Shown here: one piece after another, positions 47,889 through 60,555 of the stretch | How the letters are laid out: each line of letters starts with the position of its first letter | How positions within the stretch are numbered: position 1 is the first letter of the stretch | Assembly: GCA_903824675.1 (NCBI GenBank) | Contig: CAIJXV010000009.1 | Location: 956-64,955 of the forward strand | Length of the DNA stretch: 64,000 nucleotides | Direction of reading: 5' to 3' | Source of the DNA: an uncultured bacterium | GTDB taxonomy: Bacteria; Verrucomicrobiota; Kiritimatiellia; CAIKKV01; CAIJXV01 | Notes under the pieces: generated by a model | What the model was told of the DNA's origin: nothing | Databases searched by the model: none | Seen by the model: only the letters and a program-made list of their open reading frames with translations | Translations under genes and position numbers: made by a program

Positions 47889-49823
47889 TCAGAGGGTGGA
47901 CGATGATAAACGGCGCCGGGCGCGAATCCGTCGGACGAGGGGGACCGACAGCCCGATGAGAGCCACGAGAAGGGGCACCCCGACGATGTTGATGATCTTG
48001 ATTTTGAGGCCGAGCTGTTCGATGCCTTCGCGCAAACGTTTGCGAACTTGGCGCAATTCCTGTTGGGAGACCAGCATTTGTGCGCGGAAATTGGCGATGG
48101 CCTTTTCCTGCTCGGGGCTCAGGATGAATTTTTGGTGGTCATCTTTACGGGATTGTAGTTCGCCGAGGCGTTGCTGAAGCGTCTGGACTTTTTTCTCCAG
48201 TTCTTGTTCGCGGACACGATGCTGTTCCTGGGCCTGGCGGGCAAGGGCGACGACCCGGGTGAAGGGCCGTTCGCTCTTGCCGCGACTGCGGATGCCGATC
48301 AAATCGGTTCCTCCGGCGGTCTGATCGATGAGGTTGGCGAAGAGGGCGATATTGTCGTTGAACGGCTGATTGACGGAGGCCCCCAGGAAATTCATTTCCC
48401 GGACACAGAAGGAATTGGCGAGGCAATCCACATCGCCCACGACGACGACGAGTCCCGGCCGGTCGGACGCATTCTGACTCCGCGGGGTTTCAGCGGTCGC
48501 CAAAGCATTGGTCTCGGCGCCGGCGGTTTTGGGCCGGCCTTCGGGAAAGGCGGTCTGGAAGACGCCGCTGAGGCGGATGGCCAGAGGGAAGGCCTGCTGC
48601 TCGCTCTTGAAATCGCGACGGATATTGTCACTGCCGAACCCGGCCATAAGGGCGCTGACCCGCTGGGCGTTGGATGAGGAGCGCAGGAGGACGGTGGAGG
48701 TGAGGCCCTCACGCTTCTGGACTTCGAAGACGCCGGTGAAGGGGAGCAGAAGGGAATCGAGCGAGGCGAGGGCGACTTCGGAGGAATTGAACCGTGTCGG
48801 ATCGAGGCTCAGGAAGAGCGGGCTCTGTTCCGGCTGGTTATCCCGACCGCGAACGGTGGTGCCGGCGTCGATGTCGGCGATGACGCGCGAGGCATCATAG
48901 GTAATTCCCCAGGTGGCGAACAGCCGGGGCAGATCGGATGAGGCGCGGGGCATGGACATGCCCTGCATGCCGCCTGAGGCGCTTTCATCGGAAACGCAGA
49001 GCGGATCGACGAAGGCGAGGAGCCGTCCGCCGCGGAGGACGAACTGGTCGATGGCGAAGAGGGTTTCCTCACTGAGATTCTTGGGGTGAACCACCACGAG
49101 GGTGGTTATATCCGGAGCGATGGTGATGGCCGACGACGGGACCGGGCGGACCTGGTAGTCCTCCTTCAAGCCTTGGAATGCGAGCCACGGCGGTTGGGCT
49201 GTGGGGCGCGGTCCGCCCATGGGGGGGGAATCAGAGGGATCGGAGCCCAGGACAGGAAGGGAACTGAGGACGCCGATGACCGGGCGCTGGGGATGGGCGA
49301 CGCGGGCGATCATGCGGGTCAGGTTGTATTCGAGCATCTCTTCCGTGCGGGGATCGATGACCGGCATCATTTGCTGTTCAGCGCCGGAAACCGCCACCAC
49401 TCCCAAGTAGAGCGTGGGACCCATCATTCCGAGCGGTTGGCCCTGGATGCCGAACCGATGGGCCATTTCCTCGGCGTCGGAGTCGGGTTGGGGGTCGTAT
49501 TTTTCGAGCGTAATCCGGCCTTGGGAGGTCCGGACATATTCCCGCAGGAGATCTTCGACCTGCCGGGAGAAGGCCTTGAAGGGGCCGGGGATTTCCGGGG
49601 CGCTGGTGCTGGAGAAGAACTTCAGCACGACCGGCCGGTCGAGTTTTCCGACCAAGTTTCGACTGCCCGGGGAGAGGGTGAAGAGTTTTTCCTCCGTCAG
49701 ATCCCAGCGAAGGACGATCCGTCCGCACAGGCTGTTGAGGGCGATGAGGAGGACGAGCAGGGCGGCGAGGGCGAAGAGGCTGCCGCCGGTTTTCCAGAGG
49801 GCAAGCGAGAGGCGTTTACTCAT
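47889..49823 (-). CDS. GldG-like ABC-transporter auxiliary protein
   Basis: WDLTEEKLFTLS, AIDQFVLRGG, NLIDQ..LIGIRSR, C-terminal coiled coil + TM. Confidence 0.85.
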   Translation of the reverse strand: MSKRLSLALWKTGGSLFALAALLVLLIALNSLCGRIVLRWDLTEEKLFTLSPGSRNLVGKLDRPVVLKFFSSTSAPEIPGPFKAFSRQVEDLLREYVRTSQGRITLEKYDPQPDSDAEEMAHRFGIQGQPLGMMGPTLYLGVVAVSGAEQQMMPVIDPRTEEMLEYNLTRMIARVAHPQRPVIGVLSSLPVLGSDPSDSPPMGGPRPTAQPPWLAFQGLKEDYQVRPVPSSAITIAPDITTLVVVHPKNLSEETLFAIDQFVLRGGRLLAFVDPLCVSDESASGGMQGMSMPRASSDLPRLFATWGITYDASRVIADIDAGTTVRGRDNQPEQSPLFLSLDPTRFNSSEVALASLDSLLLPFTGVFEVQKREGLTSTVLLRSSSNAQRVSALMAGFGSDNIRRDFKSEQQAFPLAIRLSGVFQTAFPEGRPKTAGAETNALATAETPRSQNASDRPGLVVVVGDVDCLANSFCVREMNFLGASVNQPFNDNIALFANLIDQTAGGTDLIGIRSRGKSERPFTRVVALARQAQEQHRVREQELEKKVQTLQQRLGELQSRKDDHQKFILSPEQEKAIANFRAQMLVSQQELRQVRKRLREGIEQLGLKIKIINIVGVPLLVALIGLSVPLVRRIRARRRLSSSTL

Positions 49824-49839
49824 GGGGGATCGACCTTCC

Positions 49840-50586
49840 TTAGGCGGCTTTACGGTTATTGAGAACGAGGAATGTGGCGAAGAGCATGAAGACCATGACA
49901 CTCGCAAAATAGACCAGGTTGCGCAGGTCGATGACCCCGCGTTGGATGGCCTCGAAATGCGGCATGAAACTGAAGGCCGAAACCACGCGAACGACATTGG
50001 CCGGCGCCCAGCGGACAAACATTTCGGTGACGGGGGGGTAGCCTGCGAGCAGGAGGAAGAGACAGAAAACCAGGGCCAGCACAAAACTGATCACCTGGTT
50101 GCGGGTCATCGCCGAGGTGAGGAGCCCGATCGAGAGATAGGTTCCCGCGAGCAGGAAGCTGGCGAAGTACCCTCCGATGATCATTCCGGTATCCGGAGAT
50201 CCCAGGTAATAGGTTGTAATGACCACCGGACAGGTCAGGATCAAGGCCACCAGCAGGAATATCCAGGCGGCAATGAATTTGCCGAGGATGGCCTGGGTGA
50301 GGGTGACCGGCAGGGTCAGGAGGAGTTCGATGGTGCCGGAACGGCGTTCCTCGGCCCAGAGCCGCATGGCGGCCGCGGGTACGAGAATCAGGTAGACCCA
50401 GGGGTGCAATCCGAAGAAGACCTCCCGCAGATCCGCCTGCCCGTTTTCGTAATATCGGCCGATTCCAAAGGTCAGGAAGGCGGTCAACATCAGGAAGACG
50501 ATGAGAAAAACATACGCGACGGGCGAACCGAAAAAAGCATTCAGTTCGCGTCGTATGAGAGCGCCAGTGGTACGCATCCAGTCCAT
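49840..50586 (-). CDS. GldF-like ABC-2 permease
   Basis: RRELNAFFGSPVAYV, MRLWAEERRSGTIELLLTLP. Confidence 0.9.
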   Translation of the reverse strand: MDWMRTTGALIRRELNAFFGSPVAYVFLIVFLMLTAFLTFGIGRYYENGQADLREVFFGLHPWVYLILVPAAAMRLWAEERRSGTIELLLTLPVTLTQAILGKFIAAWIFLLVALILTCPVVITTYYLGSPDTGMIIGGYFASFLLAGTYLSIGLLTSAMTRNQVISFVLALVFCLFLLLAGYPPVTEMFVRWAPANVVRVVSAFSFMPHFEAIQRGVIDLRNLVYFASVMVFMLFATFLVLNNRKAA

Positions 50587-50607
50587 GTTTAAGTCCTTTT
50601 CTTTCGA

Positions 50608-51549
50608 TTATTTCGATTTACGAATTTGTTCTTCACCCAGGGTCAATTCCCGGAACAGCTCGTCGAGCCGGCCTTCCAGCACGCGGAGGTCGGTAACCGG
50701 CCAGTTGCGTTGCTTGATCAGGGCGCCGGCTTCGGCCACAAGCCGGGACGAGGCATCAGCGCGGGGGATCAGGACGTAGCGGCCATCGGTCTGGGAGACG
50801 CGGGCGGCGGCCGGAAGCGCCTGGAGTTCGGTCAAGGCGGTGGACGCGCCGGCCAGGGTAAAGGCCACGGCGCCGTGCTGGGAGCTACGGGCCTTGAGTT
50901 CGGCGGGCGTGCCGTTAGCGACAACCCGGCCGTTGGCGATGATCACCGCGCGGGTGCAGATTTCCTCGACTTCCTCGAGGATGTGCGTCGAAATGACGAT
51001 CGCCTTGTTGGGCGACATGGCGCGGATCATCTGGCGGACAATATGTTTCTGGTTCGGATCGAGGCCGTCGGTCGGTTCGTCCATGATCAGCAGGGGGGGG
51101 TCATGCAGAATGGCCTGGGCGAAGCAGACTCGTTGCCGGAACCCTTTGGACAGCGTATCGATGCTTTGCTGGGCGACTTTCTGCAGGCGGCATTGATCGA
51201 TGGCTGTCGCGATGCGGCTGCGGGCTTCGACCTTGTTATAACCGCGGATGCGGGCGATGAATTCGAGAAAATGCTGAACCGTGAGATCTCCGTAAACCGG
51301 CGCGTTCTCGGGCAGGTAACCGATCTGGCGCTTGACGCCGATCGGGTCGAGGGTGACGTCACACCCGTTGACGATCGCCGTTCCACCGGTGGGCGGTAAA
51401 AAACCGGTAACCATGCGCATGGTCGTTGATTTCCCGGCGCCATTGGGGCCAAGGAACCCGAGCACTTCGCCCCGACCCACCGTCAGCGAGATCCCGCGTA
51501 CGGCATGGATCGGACCGAACCATCGGTCCAGATTTCGGATTTCCAGCAT
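50608..51549 (-). CDS. GldA-like ABC ATP-binding protein
   Basis: GPNGAGKST, LSKGFRQR, MDEPT. Confidence 0.93.
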   Translation of the reverse strand: MLEIRNLDRWFGPIHAVRGISLTVGRGEVLGFLGPNGAGKSTTMRMVTGFLPPTGGTAIVNGCDVTLDPIGVKRQIGYLPENAPVYGDLTVQHFLEFIARIRGYNKVEARSRIATAIDQCRLQKVAQQSIDTLSKGFRQRVCFAQAILHDPPLLIMDEPTDGLDPNQKHIVRQMIRAMSPNKAIVISTHILEEVEEICTRAVIIANGRVVANGTPAELKARSSQHGAVAFTLAGASTALTELQALPAAARVSQTDGRYVLIPRADASSRLVAEAGALIKQRNWPVTDLRVLEGRLDELFRELTLGEEQIRKSK

Positions 51550-51610
51550 TCTCGTCCTCTCTTCTTCTGTATTTAGGCCGGTCCATCCTCGCGCACCCCG
51601 AAGGGAGCTG

Positions 51611-52330
51611 TTAACGGATCGGCACCTGGGTTTCATGAGGTGGATTCAATCCCGGGAGGGGGATGACCACCTTGAGTACATTATCCTCGAAAGTAGCTTC
51701 GATCTCCGCCGAAGGGGTAGGCGTTGCGGGGAGGCGAATTTGTTGTTCAAACCGGGAGCGGGCGTGATGGGAAATCCGGGCCTGGGGATCATCGGTGGTC
51801 GTCTGGGCCTGACGTTCGGCGATGATCTTGAGAATGTCTCCATTGAGCGTCAAGTGAATATCTTTCTTTTCAGTTTGAGGAAGGGTGACCGTCAAAATCA
51901 GCCGGTCTTTTTCAGGACGCATATTGATGGAGGGTGAAATGGCCAGAACATTCCATCCCTCGTCGAAAGTGCCGACGGGATCAACCGGCGGGTTGGGCAT
52001 GCCCATCTGGCGGAAAAGTTGTTCCATTTGGGCCAGCATTTGTTCGGGATGTTGCGGGTTAACCGATTTGGTAGCTTCACTCGCCTCAAAATCAGAGGCG
52101 AGCAGGGGGTCCATTCCCGACTGTAGTTGATGGAGTTGTTCGAGGGAAGCGCGCAGATGGTTCCAATCAGGATCATTCATCCTGCCGATGCCGTGGAATG
52201 AGTGGCTCGCAATCCGCTGAGGGCGGATGAACCAATAGGTGATTGCCGAAGCCAAAAAAGCAACGACCAAGAGGATCAAGGCGAATCCGATCCCCTTAAC
52301 CCATCGCGCTTTTAGCCAATTTGTGTCCAT
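51611..52330 (-). CDS. Membrane-anchored Hsp20/alpha-crystallin domain protein
   Basis: N-terminal TM; PSINMR...FEQQIRLP...ATFEDNVLKVVIP. Confidence 0.8.
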   Translation of the reverse strand: MDTNWLKARWVKGIGFALILLVVAFLASAITYWFIRPQRIASHSFHGIGRMNDPDWNHLRASLEQLHQLQSGMDPLLASDFEASEATKSVNPQHPEQMLAQMEQLFRQMGMPNPPVDPVGTFDEGWNVLAISPSINMRPEKDRLILTVTLPQTEKKDIHLTLNGDILKIIAERQAQTTTDDPQARISHHARSRFEQQIRLPATPTPSAEIEATFEDNVLKVVIPLPGLNPPHETQVPIR

Positions 52331-52372
52331 GGTGAAATCCATCAAAAAATACATCCGGTCTGACTTCCATAT

Positions 52373-52389
52373 AGCAACCGATGTGCCAA
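52373..52389 (-). promoter_or_regulatory. sigma-54 (-24/-12) promoter
   Basis: Minus strand TTGGCAC-ATCGG-TTGCT matches TGGCAC-N5-TTGCW, about 40 nt upstream of the Hsp20 gene. Confidence 0.75.
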
Positions 52390-52761
52390 GTCATTGGAAC
52401 ACATTATCCATATATTGTTCAAGTCTATTAAAATGAATAAGATAAGAAAAAAATATTCCTCGTTTAATGGCACCTTGCGTGACGTTTATAAACCCGCAAG
52501 ACGACATTATGTCGTATGTGTGGGCGACAAAATGGCGTAGTTTGTGAAGTGTGAGTTCCCTTGAACGTCCACAGATAACCTGTCCCCAGTGTCCCATACG
52601 GGAGGGACGGCTACCACGCCGTCCGCCGATTTTTTCACAGCTTCGTTGATCCGGCTCAACTTCGCCCCCAGTACCGCCGTGTGTCCATTCATCATTCACA
52701 AATAACTTGTATAAGTCCGGTAAACCAGCGAAATTAACACCCAGCTAATCAGGAGGTCATC

Positions 52762-52905
52762 ATGTTCGATATAATTTCGACGTCCATGCTGGGAATTGTG
52801 GTGGTGTGCCTGATGGTGATTACCTTGGGATTGCAGATTCAAGTTCGATCATTGAACGAGAAAATTGACGAATTGATCCGACGGACTCAAGACGGGTCGA
52901 AATAG
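52762..52905 (+). CDS. Small single-TM protein (47 aa), not in the ORF track
   Basis: AGGAGG RBS 6 nt before ATG; MFDIISTSMLGIVVVCLMVITLGLQIQVRSLNEKIDELIRRTQDGSK*. Confidence 0.65.
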   Translation: MFDIISTSMLGIVVVCLMVITLGLQIQVRSLNEKIDELIRRTQDGSK

Positions 52906-52989
52906 TCCGGAATATTTTAACTTCAGCAGCCATCCCATAGGATGCGCAGACCGATCGCCTGCCAAATCCATCTCTACCGATTTTTTTTA

Positions 52990-56187
<3,198 letters not shown>

Positions 56188-56197
56188 GGCGGAGATT

Positions 56198-57160
56198 TCA
56201 GGTCGGGCGATTTCGGGAAGCGCTGGGGATCCATTCCATCCAGCCGGTGGTCCAGTTGGCGAGCGTATGAGTGGCGCGGAGGGTGAACCCGAGGCGTTCG
56301 AAACGGGATTGAACGCGGGGAAATTCGGGTTTGCGGATTCCGGAAAGGATGAGCGCCGCACCGGGCCGACGGCGGACGGTTCGTGCGATGGCCGGTGCGT
56401 GCCGAAGGAGGAGACTGCCCAGGAGATTGGCGACCACCACTTCCGACCGGAGCGAGCTGGGAATCCGTTCGGCGGAACCGGGGGAAAAGACGATCTGGTC
56501 CCCGAGGCCATTGCGATCGGCGTTGATCCGGGATTCGTCCACGGCGATCGGGTCATAGTCGATGCCCCGCACGGGGTGGAACCCGAGCCGTGCAGCCGCG
56601 ATGGACAAAATTCCGGACCCACAGCCGAGATCGAGAACCGGTCGATCGGGATTCTCGCGGGCGATCCGATCCAGGAAGACGAGGCAGGCGCGGGTGGTGG
56701 CATGGAGTCCGGTGCCGAAACTACGGCCGGGATCGATGGAGAGGACCCATCCGTGGGGCGGGGGGGTGGGGTTTTCCCACGGTGGGGTCACGGTCAAGCG
56801 GGGGGAGACTTTGCGGGAATGGAAAAACTTTTTCCAGGCATCGGCCCAATTCGCAGGCGGAATGAAAATTATTTGGAGTCGAATGCGGGACGAGGGAAGT
56901 CCGGCCTCACGGAAGAGTTGACGATAGCGGGCGCGCGCGGCGACGGCCGTAGCCCGATCGGCATGGTAGGTTTCGATGCGCGCGCGGTCCCGGTCGGCAT
57001 CCGACCAGAGGGTGGCGGACGGGTCGAGGCGGAGCAGACGGGGGAGCCACTGGCGTCCCAGGGGACGGGTGGTCTGGGCCCGGACGACAAACCAGGCGGG
57101 CCACAGAGCGGAGGGGCTGACCGGCGAAGGGGATGATGAACGGCGCGGGCGCGCTTTCAT
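56198..57160 (-). CDS. prmA: Ribosomal protein L11 methyltransferase
   Basis: NWADAWKKFF, IDPGRSFGTGLHATT, LDLGCGSGILS, LSGI. Confidence 0.85.
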   Translation of the reverse strand: MKARPRRSSSPSPVSPSALWPAWFVVRAQTTRPLGRQWLPRLLRLDPSATLWSDADRDRARIETYHADRATAVAARARYRQLFREAGLPSSRIRLQIIFIPPANWADAWKKFFHSRKVSPRLTVTPPWENPTPPPHGWVLSIDPGRSFGTGLHATTRACLVFLDRIARENPDRPVLDLGCGSGILSIAAARLGFHPVRGIDYDPIAVDESRINADRNGLGDQIVFSPGSAERIPSSLRSEVVVANLLGSLLLRHAPAIARTVRRRPGAALILSGIRKPEFPRVQSRFERLGFTLRATHTLANWTTGWMEWIPSASRNRPT

Positions 57161-57168
57161 GGTGGGGT

Positions 57169-58137
57169 TTACTCCTCCGAGGCGGCAGGGGTTGGGGACG
57201 CGAGATCTTTACGGGAGAGGCCACACTGTTCCAGGATCACATCCGTTGTGCGGAAGTGATTTTTGGAGACCTCGTTGAGGATTTGGGGGCCGTGGGCCTT
57301 GACCAATTCGCAGCCCGTTTTGATCACGGCCGGGGATGCGCCTTTGGGAATAGTCCGGTTATAGGTGGCGCCGATCTTCTTCAGGGCCAGCAAAAAACCG
57401 GCGCGGGCCAGAACGGAGGCGGCCGCGACGGCGAGGTCGGATTCAGCCTTATGCCGCTGAACCAGCTCGATTTTTTTGCCCTTTTGCATCAGGGCGCGGA
57501 TGACCTGTTGCTTCTGGCCAAATTGGTCGGAAATGGCCCGGGGGCAATCGGGGATGACCATCAGGATGTTTTCGATACATCGGGCGTGCGCCCAGGCCAG
57601 GATGTTATTGACCGACTTCACCTTGATGTGAAATGAATTATAACGGGCGGGGCCGATCATCACGACGGTCTTACGGGGGCCGAGCAGGCGTTCGATCGAA
57701 CGCGCCATGTCGATCGCCTTGGCGTCGCTGGTGATGGTTTTGCTGTCGCGAACACCGAGATCTTTCAGGGGGCCGTAGAGGGATTCGTCGACATAGGCGC
57801 CGGCCGTGACCAAGGGACCAAAAAAATCACCCTTGCCGCTTTCGTCGACGCCCATATGGGGTTTGATGCTGTCGGGGTCGAGGATGGTTTCGTAGCCCAG
57901 GCGGGGGGCGAGGAGAATTTGGGGTTCGAGAATGAACGTGATGAACTCTTCCGTGCCGCGCCCCTGGACGAGGCATTTCCCGCTTTGATAGACATGAATC
58001 CGGCAATCGGGGGTTTCGGCGGCATAGCGGGTGTAAGGGACGGTGATGGGGTGGTAATTGCCGGCCTTGAGGAGCTCAATCAAGCTCTCCTGCTGGGCAG
58101 GGGTCAGAACCTGGGTGAATGACGTTTTTGGATTCAT
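57169..58137 (-). CDS. rnhC: Ribonuclease HIII
   Basis: N-terminal TBP-like YQSGKCLVQG; GVDESGKGDFFGPL, DSK, VAAASVLAR. Confidence 0.92.
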   Translation of the reverse strand: MNPKTSFTQVLTPAQQESLIELLKAGNYHPITVPYTRYAAETPDCRIHVYQSGKCLVQGRGTEEFITFILEPQILLAPRLGYETILDPDSIKPHMGVDESGKGDFFGPLVTAGAYVDESLYGPLKDLGVRDSKTITSDAKAIDMARSIERLLGPRKTVVMIGPARYNSFHIKVKSVNNILAWAHARCIENILMVIPDCPRAISDQFGQKQQVIRALMQKGKKIELVQRHKAESDLAVAAASVLARAGFLLALKKIGATYNRTIPKGASPAVIKTGCELVKAHGPQILNEVSKNHFRTTDVILEQCGLSRKDLASPTPAASEE

Positions 58138-58314
58138 CGAACTTGCCTCTATATCACTAAACCGGCGCGAACGCAAAATAAAATTCCCGGCCTGGAAATT
58201 CAAGGGAGCGGGATATATTTTCAGGGAATAGGTGAAGATCCCGTTGAGGGCTCGCACCTGTATGCCAGATCCGCTACGCGATCCTTTAACCTGTCCAGCC
58301 TATGGGAATACGAC

Positions 58315-59499
58315 TCATGTCAAACTGAACTGCGGGATCTTCAGGAATTCGCCGTCCTTGAGGGCCGACTGGTGGGCCACGATGCCGCCGACCGTCATGT
58401 TTAATGCCTGGGCCACATCCACCAACGGCTTGCGGTCTTGCAGGATCGATTCGACGAATTCGCTCATCAGGTAGCCGTGCGATCCGCCATGACTCCCGGC
58501 GGCAATGCCGGGCGGCAAAGGAGGTCGGCGGGTTTTCACCGAGGCCTTGTCCTGTTTCTGTGAACGGATTCTTCCTTGTTCGCCACCGGCGTACGGGGTA
58601 TCCCAACTGACGGCCATGCGTGCCATTCCACCTTCGCTGGTTCGGAAGAGTGCGACCTCGGTGCCGAATGGGTTGCGGTAAGGATTGTTCGCCGGCTGAA
58701 GATACGGGACGATGCTGGGCATGCCCATGCAACTGACTTCGGTGAAACTTCCGCCGGACACCCCGACATAGTAGGCGTTCGAGTGAGTCGGGTACCATTG
58801 CGGCGGAATGCCCAATCGCCAGCCCAGGTAGGAGTCGATCGGGATGGGCGCGTAGTGAAAGTATTCGCCTTCGGTATACACCAGCTTGCCCAACTCACCG
58901 GCGTTATACTGTTGGCGCCAGGCATACAGGTCCGTATGAAAATAGGAGGTCTCGAACATCATGTACTTGAGCCCGCTCTTTTTGACAGCGGCCAGAAGTC
59001 GATGGGCATCCTCGATCGAGCCAATGACCGCGGGGACGGCCGAGGCCACATGTTTTCCGTGCTTCAAGGCGTCGATGCACAAGCGCGCATGACTGGGCGC
59101 GTCGGTGGCCACGAACACGGCCTCGATCCGGTCGTCCTCGATCATTTTTTCACACGAAGGATAGGTCTTGTTACAGCGGCAGGCCTTCGCCAGCGCGGCG
59201 CATCGGTCCGGAACCAGATCCGTGACGGCCACGACTTCGACGTTGGGGTGGTCTTGAAAACCGAATGCCGCACCGAATTGACAGACCCCGTAGCCCGCGA
59301 TCCCGACGCGGATCTTGCGATCGGAGACCGGTTTCCAGCCCTTCGAAGCATTAGGATCCACGGATTGTTTCTCGAATCCCTGCAGGGGTTCGAACGCGGC
59401 GGCGCGGGTCAGGCGGGGTAGGCCCCAGACGGCGGCTGCCACGCCCGCCATTTTGATGAAGGTTCGTCGTGAGGGCGATGGTGATGGGGGCGAATTCAT
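58315..59499 (-). CDS. Tat-exported Gfo/Idh/MocA oxidoreductase
   Basis: SRRTFIK Tat motif; RVGIAGYG; GKHVASAVP; GSHGGSH. Confidence 0.88.
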   Translation of the reverse strand: MNSPPSPSPSRRTFIKMAGVAAAVWGLPRLTRAAAFEPLQGFEKQSVDPNASKGWKPVSDRKIRVGIAGYGVCQFGAAFGFQDHPNVEVVAVTDLVPDRCAALAKACRCNKTYPSCEKMIEDDRIEAVFVATDAPSHARLCIDALKHGKHVASAVPAVIGSIEDAHRLLAAVKKSGLKYMMFETSYFHTDLYAWRQQYNAGELGKLVYTEGEYFHYAPIPIDSYLGWRLGIPPQWYPTHSNAYYVGVSGGSFTEVSCMGMPSIVPYLQPANNPYRNPFGTEVALFRTSEGGMARMAVSWDTPYAGGEQGRIRSQKQDKASVKTRRPPLPPGIAAGSHGGSHGYLMSEFVESILQDRKPLVDVAQALNMTVGGIVAHQSALKDGEFLKIPQFSLT

Positions 59500-59500
59500 A

Positions 59501-59929
59501 TTACAGAATTTGCGTAACGGAGCACCCGGCCTTCACGCCGGTGGGGAGAGTCAGGGAATGAGTTTTGTCATGGCCCAAAAATTGCAAATGGATGCGAATC
59601 CGGCGAGTGGAAGGAATAAGGGGGGCGACGGTTAAATGACAACGGCCTTTTTCGTCTGGGCGCAGCAGGAGGGCGCACGGGCGATCGGTTCGGATCGACC
59701 AGCCTTCAGCATGACGCAGGGTTCCCGATTGATGGAAAATGGCCTGAATGACACCCGTCTCGCGATGACGGACCGCCTGGAGCCGGGGTGAATTCTCAAG
59801 GATTTCAATCAAACCCGTATCGGCAGGGACGGAATTGAGGCCGATGATCTCCGATTCAAAAAAGAACCAATTATGACCGGTTCGGAGGGGGAGGGTCGGG
59901 CGGGGTGTACGAGGACGTTGAGTTTTCAT
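59501..59929 (-). CDS. Stand-alone domain resembling the polysaccharide lyase family 8 C-terminal sandwich (possible remnant)
   Basis: IEILENSPRLQAVRH...QAIFHQSGTL...TDRPCALLL resembles the PL8 C-terminus; no catalytic domain. Confidence 0.5.
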   Translation of the reverse strand: MKTQRPRTPRPTLPLRTGHNWFFFESEIIGLNSVPADTGLIEILENSPRLQAVRHRETGVIQAIFHQSGTLRHAEGWSIRTDRPCALLLRPDEKGRCHLTVAPLIPSTRRIRIHLQFLGHDKTHSLTLPTGVKAGCSVTQIL

Positions 59930-59943
59930 GATGAGGTCCGAAC

Positions 59944-60498
59944 CTAACGGGATTCTGTTTCCGGGCGTCGCAACGCCAGGGGTTGTCCGAGAATTTCGCG
60001 GGCGAGCATGAATTGGATCAGGGCCTTACGGTTTGAGAAGTCCGCCAACAATTCCGGGGCATGCGGGGAAAAATCGGGGAGGGGATCGATTGTCGGGCGC
60101 GGGCGAGACCGGATCGGCGCATTGGGCGAAGGGGCTGGTATCTCGATCGGAACGGGGATGGCGGGTCCGGTTGAACGCTGGGCATGTGAAAAGTTTGGAT
60201 TTTGGGGTTTATGAAAAGCAGTTGGATTGGTAACGGGGGCGGGGGGTGGGCGATGGGTGGTCGGGGCTGTCTTGGGTAGATCACCTTTGAGTTTTTCGAG
60301 AAACTCGGCCAAGTCGCCAGCGGGTTGGGACTCATCGAGATCAGGTGCGGGTTCCTGTGTTGTGGGGGGCGACGAGGGGGAGGCGCGTTTATTGATCATC
60401 TGGATGACGACCCAGATGACGCCGACGATCAGCATCACCATGAAATCGCCGCCGGCGGCGAGGGGACCCGGCAAAGGGAGAGGGAACTGCATTACCAT
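59944..60498 (-). CDS. Pro-rich single-TM hypothetical protein downstream of floA
   Basis: TM helix, Pro-rich linker, C-terminal AREILGQPLALR. Confidence 0.7.
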   Translation of the reverse strand: MVMQFPLPLPGPLAAGGDFMVMLIVGVIWVVIQMINKRASPSSPPTTQEPAPDLDESQPAGDLAEFLEKLKGDLPKTAPTTHRPPPAPVTNPTAFHKPQNPNFSHAQRSTGPAIPVPIEIPAPSPNAPIRSRPRPTIDPLPDFSPHAPELLADFSNRKALIQFMLAREILGQPLALRRPETESR

Positions 60499-60555
60499 GA
60501 CGGGTTCCTGAACGGCGGGGGGCCTGAATCGCAGGCCGACCCGCCGGATACGGGG

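Noticed and set aside
56188..56703. N-terminal extension of SNF2 (and similar extensions on GldG, BatA, SASA and AbiEii ORFs)
   Set aside because: They overlap the upstream gene in another frame; downstream ATGs fit the domain starts better.
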